A DNA stretch of 64,000 nucleotides from an uncultured candidate division Zixibacteria bacterium. Lineage in GTDB: Bacteria > Zixibacteria > MSB-5A5 > UBA10806. Position numbers and translations under genes: made by a program. The stretch's first letter is position 1; each line of letters starts with the position of its first letter. The notes under the pieces are model-generated. The model made no database searches and had not been told where the DNA came from. It saw nothing but the letters and a program-made list of their open reading frames with translations. The stretch is taken from contig CAWFQL010000012.1 in assembly GCA_963817915.1 (NCBI GenBank), positions 96,001-160,000 on the forward strand. The letters run 5' to 3'. Shown here piece after piece: positions 39,152 to 49,564 of this stretch.

Positions 39152-40598
39152 GTGAAATACTTTTCAGGATTTATTTTTATTTTAACCATATTGTTTTTTA
39201 GTAGAGCATCGGCCACGGATGTCTCCGGTGATGTCTGGGGCGAATGGAATTCCGAAAACAATCCCTATAATGTTGTCGGCGACCTGCATGTCCCGAGAGA
39301 TTCGACACTAATAATCAATCCCGGTTGTGAGATCATCTTTCAGGGACGTTATTCCTTATTGGTGGATACCTCGGCTACTTTTCGGGCTATAGGCACAGCA
39401 ACGGATTCTATTCTATTTACTGCCAGTGATATTGCGATAGGCTGGGGTGGTGCTATGTTCTTGGATTCCAGTTTACTATCAATGAAATATTGCATATCGG
39501 AGTATATGGTGAGCGCATGGCCTGGATGGCTTAATTCCTTTGATATTCAGTCTCTGACCGCAATAATTGATAGCTGTCTATTCCGCAATAATAATCATCG
39601 TTTCTCCCTTATTAGCGGTTTTAGATCTCAGCAATTATCCATCAGAAACAGTCGGTTTATAAATAATCGGTCTTCCAATGGACAGATAATAAGGTTAGGA
39701 GGAAGAGGCCCTTATTACATTGAAAACTGCGTGATCGAAAACAATGACATGATTTACATTTATTTTGTTTGGGGAGAAGGCGTAACGATAAGAAAAAATA
39801 CAATTAGAAATAACAGCTGCATGATCTTGAGCGTCTATCTTACTCAAATGATGATATTTGACCAAAATCTTATAATTAATAATACTTGCAACGAAACTGA
39901 CCGTTATGCCGGTTCAATTTTTTATGTTGAAGATGGCGGCATACGGGCCACCAGTAACACTATTGTAAACAATGTCTCCAGCCAGATTCCAATTGGAAGC
40001 CTGGGAAGTGAGCACGGACTTGGATCGGTGACTCTGAAAAATAATATTATCTGGGGCAACACGGTAACAGGCCCAAATTCATTCTATATTGTTCAAATTC
40101 CAACCACAATCGATTACAATGATATTCAGGGCTGGGTTAGCGGTAGTCATGGCATCGATAGTGACCCGATGTTCGTAGATAGCATCTCTGGCGATTATCA
40201 TCTTTTGCCTGGCTCGCCTTGTATTGATACTGGTGATTCAACCTTACCAAACGACCCCGACGGCAGCAGATCGGATATGGGCGCTTTTCCCTACGACCAC
40301 ATGGTAGATATCCAGGATATGATATTCCAATTCCATTCAATTATGCCTTAAAACAAAACTACCCTAACCCCTTCAACGCCCAGACCACTATCAGCTATAG
40401 CCTGCCGACCGCAAGCGATGTGACAATCGATATCTTCGATATCCTCGGGCGAAAAATAACTTCATTCAATCAGGGCCGTCACCTGCTGGATCGCATTCTG
40501 TAATCTGGGATGCCAGCGATGCGGCGTCGGGAATCTATTTTTATCGAATTAATGCCAATGACCATGTCGCTGCAAGGCAGATGGTGCTGCTGAAATAA
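39152..40598 (+). CDS. Right-handed beta-helix protein with T9SS CTD, frameshifted near 40318 and 40481
   Basis: Asn-rich beta-helix repeats, DP.FVD...DYHL..SPCID.G and DPDGSRSDMGAF motifs. The CTD follows out of frame and ends at 40598. Confidence 0.78.
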
Positions 40599-40619
40599 TA
40601 TTTTCTGGAAATTTTAATA

Positions 40620-41870
40620 ATGATTCAGGCAGGGTCTATGCAAAAAAAAATAATTATTTTAACGGGAATACTGATTTTTGGGAGACTTCTTTTGCCTTCG
40701 CCTGCAATTTCGCAAAATGTGGAATTGGTCGGCAGTTTTGCAACGAATTTTTCTCATGGTGTTCAGGTCATTGCAAATTACGCCTATATAGCTGATTATG
40801 ACTTAGGTCTGCGAGTTGTTAATGTTACAGATCCGTCCCACCCGACTCAGATCGGGTCGTTACGGCTTCCATTGCTTAGGACTCTCCATTATTCGAATGG
40901 CCTTATTGCAGGTTGCGCTGTCGATATCTATACGATAAATGCCGAAAACCCAACATACCCGTTTTTGCTTGGCAGCGCAATGGTCGACGGATGGGCGCAA
41001 CAAGCTTATATTATGGGGGATTATATTTATATTGGGTCGGGCAGTCATGGTCTCACCGTAGCTAATATTACCGATCCAACGAATCCAGTCATCCTGGGGA
41101 ATTACTTTACGCCAGGCGCGGGCGAAGAAGTTCAAATAATCGGCGATTATGCATATCTTGCGGATTATGACCGCGGTCTTCAAATTATCAATGTTACCGA
41201 TCCTGCTAATCCTGAAACTGTCGGAAGCTTCGATACTCCCGGTTTGGCAATAGGAGTATTTGTTTCGGACCAATATGCTTATCTGGCGAATATGTCTGCC
41301 GGTCTTCAAATTATCGATATATTGGACCCCGCTCATCCATTCGTGGCCGGGCATTACGACACTCCCGATGAAGCTCAAGATGTGTTTGTTCAAGGGAATT
41401 ACGTTTATATCGCTGATCGATATTCAGGTTTGCAAATTCTCAATGCCGTTGACCCGGCCCATCCGATTCTAATTGGAAGTTATGATACACCTGGTTTAGC
41501 TACGAGCGTTTGGGTCCAGGGTAAATATATATATTTGACCGATGGCGCTTCTATGATGATCTTCATCTTTGGCACTTCCGGGACAGATGATGAATTGGAT
41601 TCGCCGACTCAATTTTCCCTCTCCCAAAACTACCCCAACCCCTTCAACGCTCAGACGACAATCAGCTATAGCATGCCAACCGCAAGCGATGTGACTATCG
41701 ATATCTTCGATATCCTTGGGCGAAGAATAACTTCGATAAATCAAGGCCATAAGTCTACTGGATCGCATTCAGTTATTTGGGATGCCAGCGATGCGGCTTC
41801 GGGAATATATTTTTATCGGATCAATGCCAACGGATATAAAAAAACGAAGCAGATGGCGCTGATGAAATAA
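40620..41870 (+). CDS. LVIVD-repeat protein with T9SS type A CTD
   Basis: Repeats YAY.AD...GLQII.V.DP..P...G..DTPG and a QNYPNPFN CTD. Confidence 0.88.
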   Translation: MIQAGSMQKKIIILTGILIFGRLLLPSPAISQNVELVGSFATNFSHGVQVIANYAYIADYDLGLRVVNVTDPSHPTQIGSLRLPLLRTLHYSNGLIAGCAVDIYTINAENPTYPFLLGSAMVDGWAQQAYIMGDYIYIGSGSHGLTVANITDPTNPVILGNYFTPGAGEEVQIIGDYAYLADYDRGLQIINVTDPANPETVGSFDTPGLAIGVFVSDQYAYLANMSAGLQIIDILDPAHPFVAGHYDTPDEAQDVFVQGNYVYIADRYSGLQILNAVDPAHPILIGSYDTPGLATSVWVQGKYIYLTDGASMMIFIFGTSGTDDELDSPTQFSLSQNYPNPFNAQTTISYSMPTASDVTIDIFDILGRRITSINQGHKSTGSHSVIWDASDAASGIYFYRINANGYKKTKQMALMK

Positions 41871-41893
41871 AGAGATCAACAATGGAGGAATAA

Positions 41894-43162
41894 ATGTGGC
41901 AATTTGTTAGAATTATTCATTGCAAGTATATTATTACCTTGGCGTCAATCTTGATTGTTGCGATATCGGCCAATGCGCAAATAGAGCTTGTAAGCCGATT
42001 CGATCCAAGCGATGCGATAACTTCCATTTATGTGAAAGATAATTACGTTTATTTGTGTGTTTATAGACGGGCTCTTGAGATTGTCGATGTTACCGATCCC
42101 GCCAATCCTATTCAGGCTTCAAGAATTCCTTTGTATGGTCGGGCCGACGACATAGTGGTAGGCGGGTCTTTCGCTTATTTGGGATGCTACGGGGCGGGAC
42201 TGCAAATCGTAGATATATCGGATCCATATAACCCGTCGCTTGTTGGACAGTACTATCATGAGGCGTATTGCCATGGGCTATCATTAAGCGGCGATTATAT
42301 CTATGGGGCGTTTTGCAACTATTTTGATATTATAAATGTCTCTGATCCTCATAATCCCACGCTCGCGGACAGCCTTCATGTCCCGATGACTGAGTTTACT
42401 TCATCATTCCTCAACGGTCAATATGCCTATTTGCCGGATTTTATTTATCAACAATTATTCACTTTTAATATCGCTGATCCGGGTAATATTTCAATAACGG
42501 ACACGTTATCAATGTCGGGTCGATATTTGGGCGATCTAATTATACAGGGAAATTATGCCTATGCCGCGGCCTTTGCTAATGGAATTTACATATTAGATAT
42601 CTCAGACCCGGCTTCTCCCGAACTTATAAGAACTTATGGATATGGAAATATCTGGAATTTGACGTTTGAAGGAAACCTCCTTTTAGCAACGATCGAAAAT
42701 TTTGGACTACGATTAATTAATATTGAAGATCCATCCCATCCAAGGATGGGGGCATTTTATCGATTTACTCCTATAAGTGGCGGCTTAATTGTTTCAGGGA
42801 ATTATATTTTTGCAAGCGGAGTTTACCAAAATCATACACAGCTTTTTATTTTCAGCTATCAAACTACAGGAGTCAATGATGACAATGGCGATATTCCATC
42901 TGATTTTCAAATTTTCCAAAACTACCCCAACCCCTTCAATGCTCAGACTACTATCAGCTACAGCCTGCCGACCGCGAGTGATGTGACAATCGATATCTTC
43001 GATATCCTCGGGCGAAAAATCTCGATATTGGAGCAAGGCAATCAACAGGCGGGCGTACATTCAATGATCTGGGATGCCGGCGATGCGGCTTCAGGAATAT
43101 ATTTTTATCGAATAAACGCTAATGAATATAATGAAACAAGACAGATGATGTTGCTGAAATAA
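41894..43162 (+). CDS. LVIVD-repeat protein with T9SS type A CTD
   Basis: L.IVDV.DP.NP repeats and an intact CTD. Confidence 0.88.
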   Translation: MWQFVRIIHCKYIITLASILIVAISANAQIELVSRFDPSDAITSIYVKDNYVYLCVYRRALEIVDVTDPANPIQASRIPLYGRADDIVVGGSFAYLGCYGAGLQIVDISDPYNPSLVGQYYHEAYCHGLSLSGDYIYGAFCNYFDIINVSDPHNPTLADSLHVPMTEFTSSFLNGQYAYLPDFIYQQLFTFNIADPGNISITDTLSMSGRYLGDLIIQGNYAYAAAFANGIYILDISDPASPELIRTYGYGNIWNLTFEGNLLLATIENFGLRLINIEDPSHPRMGAFYRFTPISGGLIVSGNYIFASGVYQNHTQLFIFSYQTTGVNDDNGDIPSDFQIFQNYPNPFNAQTTISYSLPTASDVTIDIFDILGRKISILEQGNQQAGVHSMIWDAGDAASGIYFYRINANEYNETRQMMLLK

Positions 43163-43199
43163 ATGAATTCGAATCTTATCAATTTAAAGGGGTTTACTC

Positions 43200-45312
43200 A
43201 TGAATAAATTGTTATTGATTTTGATCGTCGGCATAACCGCCTTAATGCCGGCCATTTCTTTCGGACAAGATATCGAGTACGTCGGTTCGGCATTAGGCTT
43301 TCATGTCGTTAGCGCCTGCGTAGACGGAAATACAGCTTATTGCGCCATTCAAGAGGGTTTATTAGTTTTGGATATTTCCAATTATGATAATCCCCCAATT
43401 GTTGGCAGGTATTTGATCGCAGGGAAGTGCAAAAGATATTGCTAAATCAGGGGATTATATTTATTTGGTTGATGATTCACCGCGGTTAAATGTAATAGAT
43501 ATTTCCGAACCATCTACTCCCGCCCTTGTAGGCGTGCTAAATACTGTCGGATTCCCCAACAGAATATGTATTTCCAACAATTATGCCTATGTTGCTGAAA
43601 ATTCTGGACTGGAAATCATAGGAATTTCAAATCCATCGGCTCCAATATCGCTGAGTTATATAAATACGGTTGTCGGTAAAGCAGTTTGTTTGAGCGGTCA
43701 TTTCGCCTATATGGCCTGCGGGACAGATGGTATGAAGATAATCAGTGTAGCCGACCCTTTGAACCCTCGAATTTTGTCGATGTATAGACTGAATTCAAAT
43801 TTTGTTGATGTAAAGGTAGCCGGATTATATGCTTATTTGGTTGAACCGTCAGAGCTAAGCATCATGAATGTCTCTGATTCATTGTATCCTGATTATGTCG
43901 GACATTATCAGGATGCCGGCAATGGTTATAGCATATCAATTTCTGGCAGCAAAGCTTATCTAAGTTATCGAAGCAGTGAGTTGCAGATTTTGAATCTCAG
44001 AACCCCTACAAATATTGTATTGTTGGGGAATTATCCTCACGCCGGACTAATGACCGGCCAGATTCTGTCAAATCAATTTATTTTCCAGGCTGGCGGCCAG
44101 CATGGATTTGATATAGTGGACGTCCGTGATCCGTCAAATCCGATATTAGCAGGATATTTTGGAAATAACTATACCTCGAAAGCAATTACCGCCGTTGGCA
44201 ATATTGCCTATCTGTATTCAAGTGACAGATTAGTCATAATGGATATTTCCAATCCAGCGATTCCAAATTTTGTGGCAGAGAGCGAGGTTATTCCAAATTC
44301 TTATGAGCCAAAAATTATTGTATCTGATTCAATTGCGTTTTTGCTGACTGGAAGGCAGTTTGTGTATTTATACAACATTTCCGATCCGAATCATCCTGCT
44401 CGCATTGGCATTTATCAGTCTCCAGATTATTCCTGCACAGATGTTTACGTTCAAGATAATTATGCTTATTTCACCAATAATGGTAACGGACTACAGATCG
44501 TGAATTTCAGCGATCCGGCAAATCCCGTAATAATTGACCATGACACTCCAATCGGAGACGCCAGCAGTATATTTGTATCAGGCGATTATGCTTATATCGG
44601 CGGTCATTTTGGCCTAAAATTAGTATATATTAGCGATCCGTCAAATCCAAACGTAGTATCGAGTCTATCTTTATCTAGTGATGTTGCTGATATAATCGTA
44701 AGAGATAATTATGCATATCTGGCAGGTGGATCCTCTGGCCTGAATGTAGTGGATGTATCAAACCCGTACGAACCCGATAGTTTCCCGCGCTTTCATACAT
44801 TAGGGGCGGCGCAAAGATTATCCCTTTCGGGCAATTATATCTTTATAGCCGAGCATCTAACGGGTATTGAGGCAGTTGATGTTTCAGACCCGGCAGATTT
44901 AATATTAGCGGATTACTATGATACCCCCGGCAATTCCGTTGATATATCGAATATTGGCGAATATATTTATGTCGCTGATGGCTCATCAATGTTGGTCCTC
45001 CGATTCAATCCGCGGACTGGGCTGATGGACGATATTCAGGATTTACCCCGGAATTTCTCCCTCTCCCAAAACTACCCCAACCCCTTCAACGCCCAGACCA
45101 CAATCAATTATAGCCTGCCGCAGGCAGGCGACGTGACAATCGATATCTTCGATATCCTCGGACGAAAGATAGCTTCGATAAATCAAGGACATCAGTCTAC
45201 TGGATCGCATTTTATAACATGGGATGCCAGCGATGCGGCTTCGGGAATCTATTTTTATCGGATCAATGCTAATGGATTTAGCGAGACAAGGCAGATGGTG
45301 CTGCTAAAATAG
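43200..45312 (+). CDS. Large LVIVD-repeat protein with T9SS CTD, +1 frameshift near 43424 (ORFs 43200-43445 and 43465-45312)
   Basis: The signal peptide is in the first ORF. Removing one base gives ...IAGSAKDIAKSGDYIYLVDD, continuing into the second ORF. Confidence 0.85.
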
Positions 45313-45349
45313 AGTGATTTTAATAATATTAATTTAAAGGGGAATACTT

Positions 45350-47794
45350 ATGAAAAGATCGCTATTAATTCTAATATTTGGCATCTTATTAACTTCAAAT
45401 TCATACGCTATTGAGCCGCTTTTCGATACTCGAATTGATTATCCGGTGAATGATTCGGCCAATTTTGTCTATTGCGCGGAATTAAATGGCGATAATTCCA
45501 TCGATATGGTCGTAGTACCATCGAATTCAGACAGCATCTTGATTTTCATAAATAGGGGCGATGGCACATTTTTTCCGCCAACTAAATTTCTGGTTGGACC
45601 TCGGATGAAGTCAGCTTATGCCTCTGATCTGGATAATGACGGAAGCAGTGATCTTGCGATAATCAACAATTCAACCGGAAGTCGATTGCATATTTTTTGG
45701 AATAATGGATTTGGTGAATTCGAGGCTGGCCCCACTTTTTCATTTGAAAGTACTTCATGGCTTTCGGCGGTACATTGCGCCGACCTCAATGGTGATAATC
45801 ATAACGATATTCTTGCGACAGATTTTGTGTTAGGCCGCGTTTACGTCTTTTTATATGATGGCTATCGTCATTTCGCGCATTATGTGATTTATTACCCTGG
45901 TTCAGAACCCGCATCAGTGGTCGCGTTCGATTTGGATAATGATGGAGATAAGGATATCGCAACCGCCAATCAGGGAGCAGGCCAATATGGGATAAGCATT
46001 TTAAAAAATGATGGCAACGGCATTTTCGGTCCTGATACTTTATATCGTTACAATAACAGCACAAATTTTATTCGGGCCGCTGATTTTAACAATGATGGTT
46101 TTATGGATCTAACCTGTATTGCCGATACTGGCGTAGTCGTAATGCTCAATGATGGCAACGGTGTATTCGCTTCCAGGTCCATGATTGGAGGATCAATAGG
46201 GATGAGAGCCGTATATCCTTCTGATCTGAACGGTGATAACTTTATAGACCTTGCCGCAGTAAATTACAATCGGAGCACGATGACAACCTATTCGAACAAT
46301 GGCGACGGGACATTTACTAATATTGCAATATATAGCGCTGGCGATCAGCCACGTTCAGTCTTCTGTGCTGATTTAGACGAAGATGGCGCCAATGATATCG
46401 CGGTATCTAATCAGGATGGGAAAAGCGTTTCAATTTATAAGAACAAAGGTGATGGAACATTCTTTAACCCGTCATTACTCGATATTGCATATCTTCCCGT
46501 CCAGATAATCTGTCCCGATATTGATGGAAATGGATTTAGCGATATCGTGGCATTAGGCCCCTTAGCTACAACCTCAATCTATTTAAGCAATGGTAGCGGA
46601 TTTTCGGAGCCTATTAATTTAGATCGAGATTTTCCCGCTGATGGAATAAATTCGGCTGATTTCAATCGAGATGGTTTCACGGATCTAGCCATTTGGACTA
46701 ATGAATTTAATCAATTTCTCGAAATTCGCATTTTGAACGGCAATGGCGATGGTTCATTTCAATCTCCGCATTTATTATATGTTGAGTCACCAATCCAATT
46801 TAATTCATTATCTTGTTTTGATTTAAATCGCGATTCATACGACGATCTTATTATCGGAGGGGATTATGATACGATTTGGGTCAAGTTTAACGACGGTACC
46901 GGCGATTTTGGGAATAGTATTCCAATTGCTTTGGATGAACAGGATACGCGCGCGTTAGCTATAGGCGATATCAACAATGATGGCATTAGCGATATTGTTA
47001 CCGGTTATATTGGTAAATTCACAATTATAGAAAATAATGGCGATGGCACATTTGGCGATATCACATCATATACCGACACTACTAATTTTAACAGCATTTT
47101 GGTTATAGATTTCGATCAAGATGATACTCTTGACATTGTGCTGGCTGGCAATCATTACTTATCACTTTGGCATCAGGTGGGCGACGGGGGCTTTGAAAAT
47201 TCCAGTGTAATTAGCATTTCTTCGACAATGTACGGAACCGGGTTTTGGAACGCAGATATAGATGGAGATGGGATTTCAGACATTCTTCATTTTTCAAATC
47301 CTGGAAATTTATTAAATATTTATGCCAAGCAGGGAGAATTGCAATTTCAGCCTACATTTGGATATGGCATTGGCGGCCGCGCAAATTCAGGCGCCAGCGG
47401 CGATTTTGACGGAAACGGTACTGCCGATGTCGCAGCATCGGTTGTTTTTCAATATAATCCCCAAATAGCAGTATTGTATAATCGCAGAATTCCAACAGGA
47501 ATTAATGACGATGAATTCATTCCATTACCAGTCAAAAGTGTTCTTTCCCAAAACTTTCCCAATCCTTTCAATGCCCAGACGACAATTAAATACAGCCTGC
47601 CGATCGCTAGCCATGTTACTATTGATATCTTCGATATCCTTGGGCGGAAAATCTCAACTCTGGCGCAAGGCCGTCAACTCGCAGGATCACATGCGGTCAT
47701 CTGGGACGCCAGCGGGACAGCGTCAGGAATATATTTTTACCGAATCGATGCCAATGGATATAAAGAAACAAGACAGATGGTATTGCTGAAATAA
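45350..47794 (+). CDS. FG-GAP/VCBS repeat protein with T9SS type A CTD
   Basis: Many DLDNDG..D.A / NNGDGTF repeats, a signal peptide and a QNFPNPFN CTD. Confidence 0.9.
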   Translation: MKRSLLILIFGILLTSNSYAIEPLFDTRIDYPVNDSANFVYCAELNGDNSIDMVVVPSNSDSILIFINRGDGTFFPPTKFLVGPRMKSAYASDLDNDGSSDLAIINNSTGSRLHIFWNNGFGEFEAGPTFSFESTSWLSAVHCADLNGDNHNDILATDFVLGRVYVFLYDGYRHFAHYVIYYPGSEPASVVAFDLDNDGDKDIATANQGAGQYGISILKNDGNGIFGPDTLYRYNNSTNFIRAADFNNDGFMDLTCIADTGVVVMLNDGNGVFASRSMIGGSIGMRAVYPSDLNGDNFIDLAAVNYNRSTMTTYSNNGDGTFTNIAIYSAGDQPRSVFCADLDEDGANDIAVSNQDGKSVSIYKNKGDGTFFNPSLLDIAYLPVQIICPDIDGNGFSDIVALGPLATTSIYLSNGSGFSEPINLDRDFPADGINSADFNRDGFTDLAIWTNEFNQFLEIRILNGNGDGSFQSPHLLYVESPIQFNSLSCFDLNRDSYDDLIIGGDYDTIWVKFNDGTGDFGNSIPIALDEQDTRALAIGDINNDGISDIVTGYIGKFTIIENNGDGTFGDITSYTDTTNFNSILVIDFDQDDTLDIVLAGNHYLSLWHQVGDGGFENSSVISISSTMYGTGFWNADIDGDGISDILHFSNPGNLLNIYAKQGELQFQPTFGYGIGGRANSGASGDFDGNGTADVAASVVFQYNPQIAVLYNRRIPTGINDDEFIPLPVKSVLSQNFPNPFNAQTTIKYSLPIASHVTIDIFDILGRKISTLAQGRQLAGSHAVIWDASGTASGIYFYRIDANGYKETRQMVLLK

Positions 47795-47839
47795 CATGAC
47801 AGATCATTTTTGCGCTACTCAAGTTGCCTGGAGGACTCA

Positions 47840-49506
47840 ATGAAAAGTATTGCTACAGCGTTGCTCATATTGCTCTCGCTTTGGTGCTCGTCGGCTGTTT
47901 TAGCTCCAAGATTCATTATTTGCGCCGCCGATCAACTATCCCGCTGGAGCATGCCCTCTGGCTGTTGTTGCCTGTGATTTTAACGGCGACGGCATCGGCG
48001 ACCTGGCCACTTTAGTTGGATGCGGATCAGGAGTATCTGTATTGATAAATAATGGCGATGGAACTTTTCGGCCGGCGGTTGGTTATGCTGCCGGTTCGTA
48101 CTCTGTTTCGATATTTGCCTGCGATCTCAATGGGGACGGGGACAACGATATTGCTGTATCCAATTTATATTCCAATACTGTAACTATTTTAATAAACAAT
48201 GGCAATGGAACTTTTCAGACGGCAGTAAGCTATCCTACCGGTACGGGCCCTACGACTGTTTTTGCGTGTGATCTTGACGGAGATGGAGATAATGACCTGG
48301 CTATATCGAATGCCGGCGCCAGCGACATATCCATATTAAGAAACAACGGCGATGGAACTTTTCAGGCGGCGTATTACATCCCTGTGTGGGAAAATCCCGA
48401 GTGGCTTTATGCCTGCGATATTGATGGCGATGGGGACAATGACTTGGTTGTACAACATTATTTAACCAGTTATATTTCTATATTAAAGAACAACGGCGAT
48501 GCTACTTTTCAGCCGAGGGTTGACATAGACTTACCACTTTGCAACAGCAAAGATCTTATTGCAGGTGATTTTGACCTCGATGGAGATAATAGATCTTGCC
48601 GCATTATGTATTGACGATTGGGTTTATATATTAATTAACAATGGCGATGGGACTTTTCATGCAGGCGGCAATTGTGGAATGGATTATTGGGTAAATGATA
48701 TTTTTGCGTCCGATCTTAATTGCGATGGGTTTAAAGATTTGGTAGTGACATATTGGGAATCAGGTTCCATCTCTATAGCGCTTAATAACGGTGATGGTAC
48801 TTTTCAAGCGCATGACGACTATGTTGTAGGCGGGCGGCCTTTTGCCGCCGCCGCCGCGGATTTTGATGTTGATGGCGATAATGACCTGGCCCTTGCCAAT
48901 ATAAATATAGATAGCGTCTCAATACTACTTAATAGAACATTGACTTTGCCCGGTGAGATTGACGGAGCTGTGACCGAAATCGACGGCACGACACCGATTG
49001 ATAATGTTATAGTGAAGGCCCTGCAAAGCTATTTGGAGGTCAAACGTGATACCACAGATACAAACGGCCAATATTCTCTGACTAATCTTTCGCCTGGGCT
49101 TTATGAAGTTCGCGCTTCGAAGGATGGATACGAAACCCAGACTCAACAAAATATCGAGGTGATCAGCGGGCAGGCATTGACTTTAAATATCCAATTGAGT
49201 CAATGGATGCCGCCATGCGCTTACGTTCCAGGTGATGTCAATGGCAGTAATACCTTTAATGGACTAGATGTGACCTACGGGGTTAATTACTTCAATGGGG
49301 GAGCAATACCACCATATTTTTGCGAATGTGCGCCAGACAATACCTGGTTTGTTTCCGGAGATGTCAATGGCAGCTGCAGCTTTAATGGTCTCGATGTTAC
49401 CTATATGGTCAATTATTTCAGAGGGGGAACGGCTCCAATACCTTGTGCTGATTGTCCGCCGCCAGGATTGTCGTCTCCTATGCCGAAAGCTGAGATGGAT
49501 GATTGA
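47840..49506 (+). CDS. FG-GAP repeat + carboxypeptidase-regulatory-like + dockerin-like protein, +1 frameshifts near 47905 and 48589
   Basis: ATG 47840 follows GGAGG. The reconstruction MKSIATALLILLSLWCSSAVLA-QDSLFAPPINYPAG matches the intact paralogue at 49565. C-terminal GDVNGS..FNGLDV.Y.VNY occurs twice. Confidence 0.82.
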
Positions 49507-49564
49507 AGTTGTGATACGAAGCAGAAAATCAATTTTAGGTTAGCGCAAATAACGGGAGGACTCG

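Larger units (their letters stand above)
38880..47794 (+). repeat. Six dispersed copies of a 246-nt CTD-coding module (38880, 40354, 41625, 42917, 45067, 47549)
   Basis: Each copy runs from CAAAACT(A/T) to the stop codon. Lengths are 248, 245, 246, 246, 246 and 246 nt, with long identical tracts such as GATATCTTCGATATCCT. Confidence 0.92.

Noticed and set aside
38880..47794. CTD repeats as a diversity-generating retroelement TR/VR set
   Set aside because: No reverse transcriptase in the window, differences are not adenine-specific, and every copy is the coding end of a gene.
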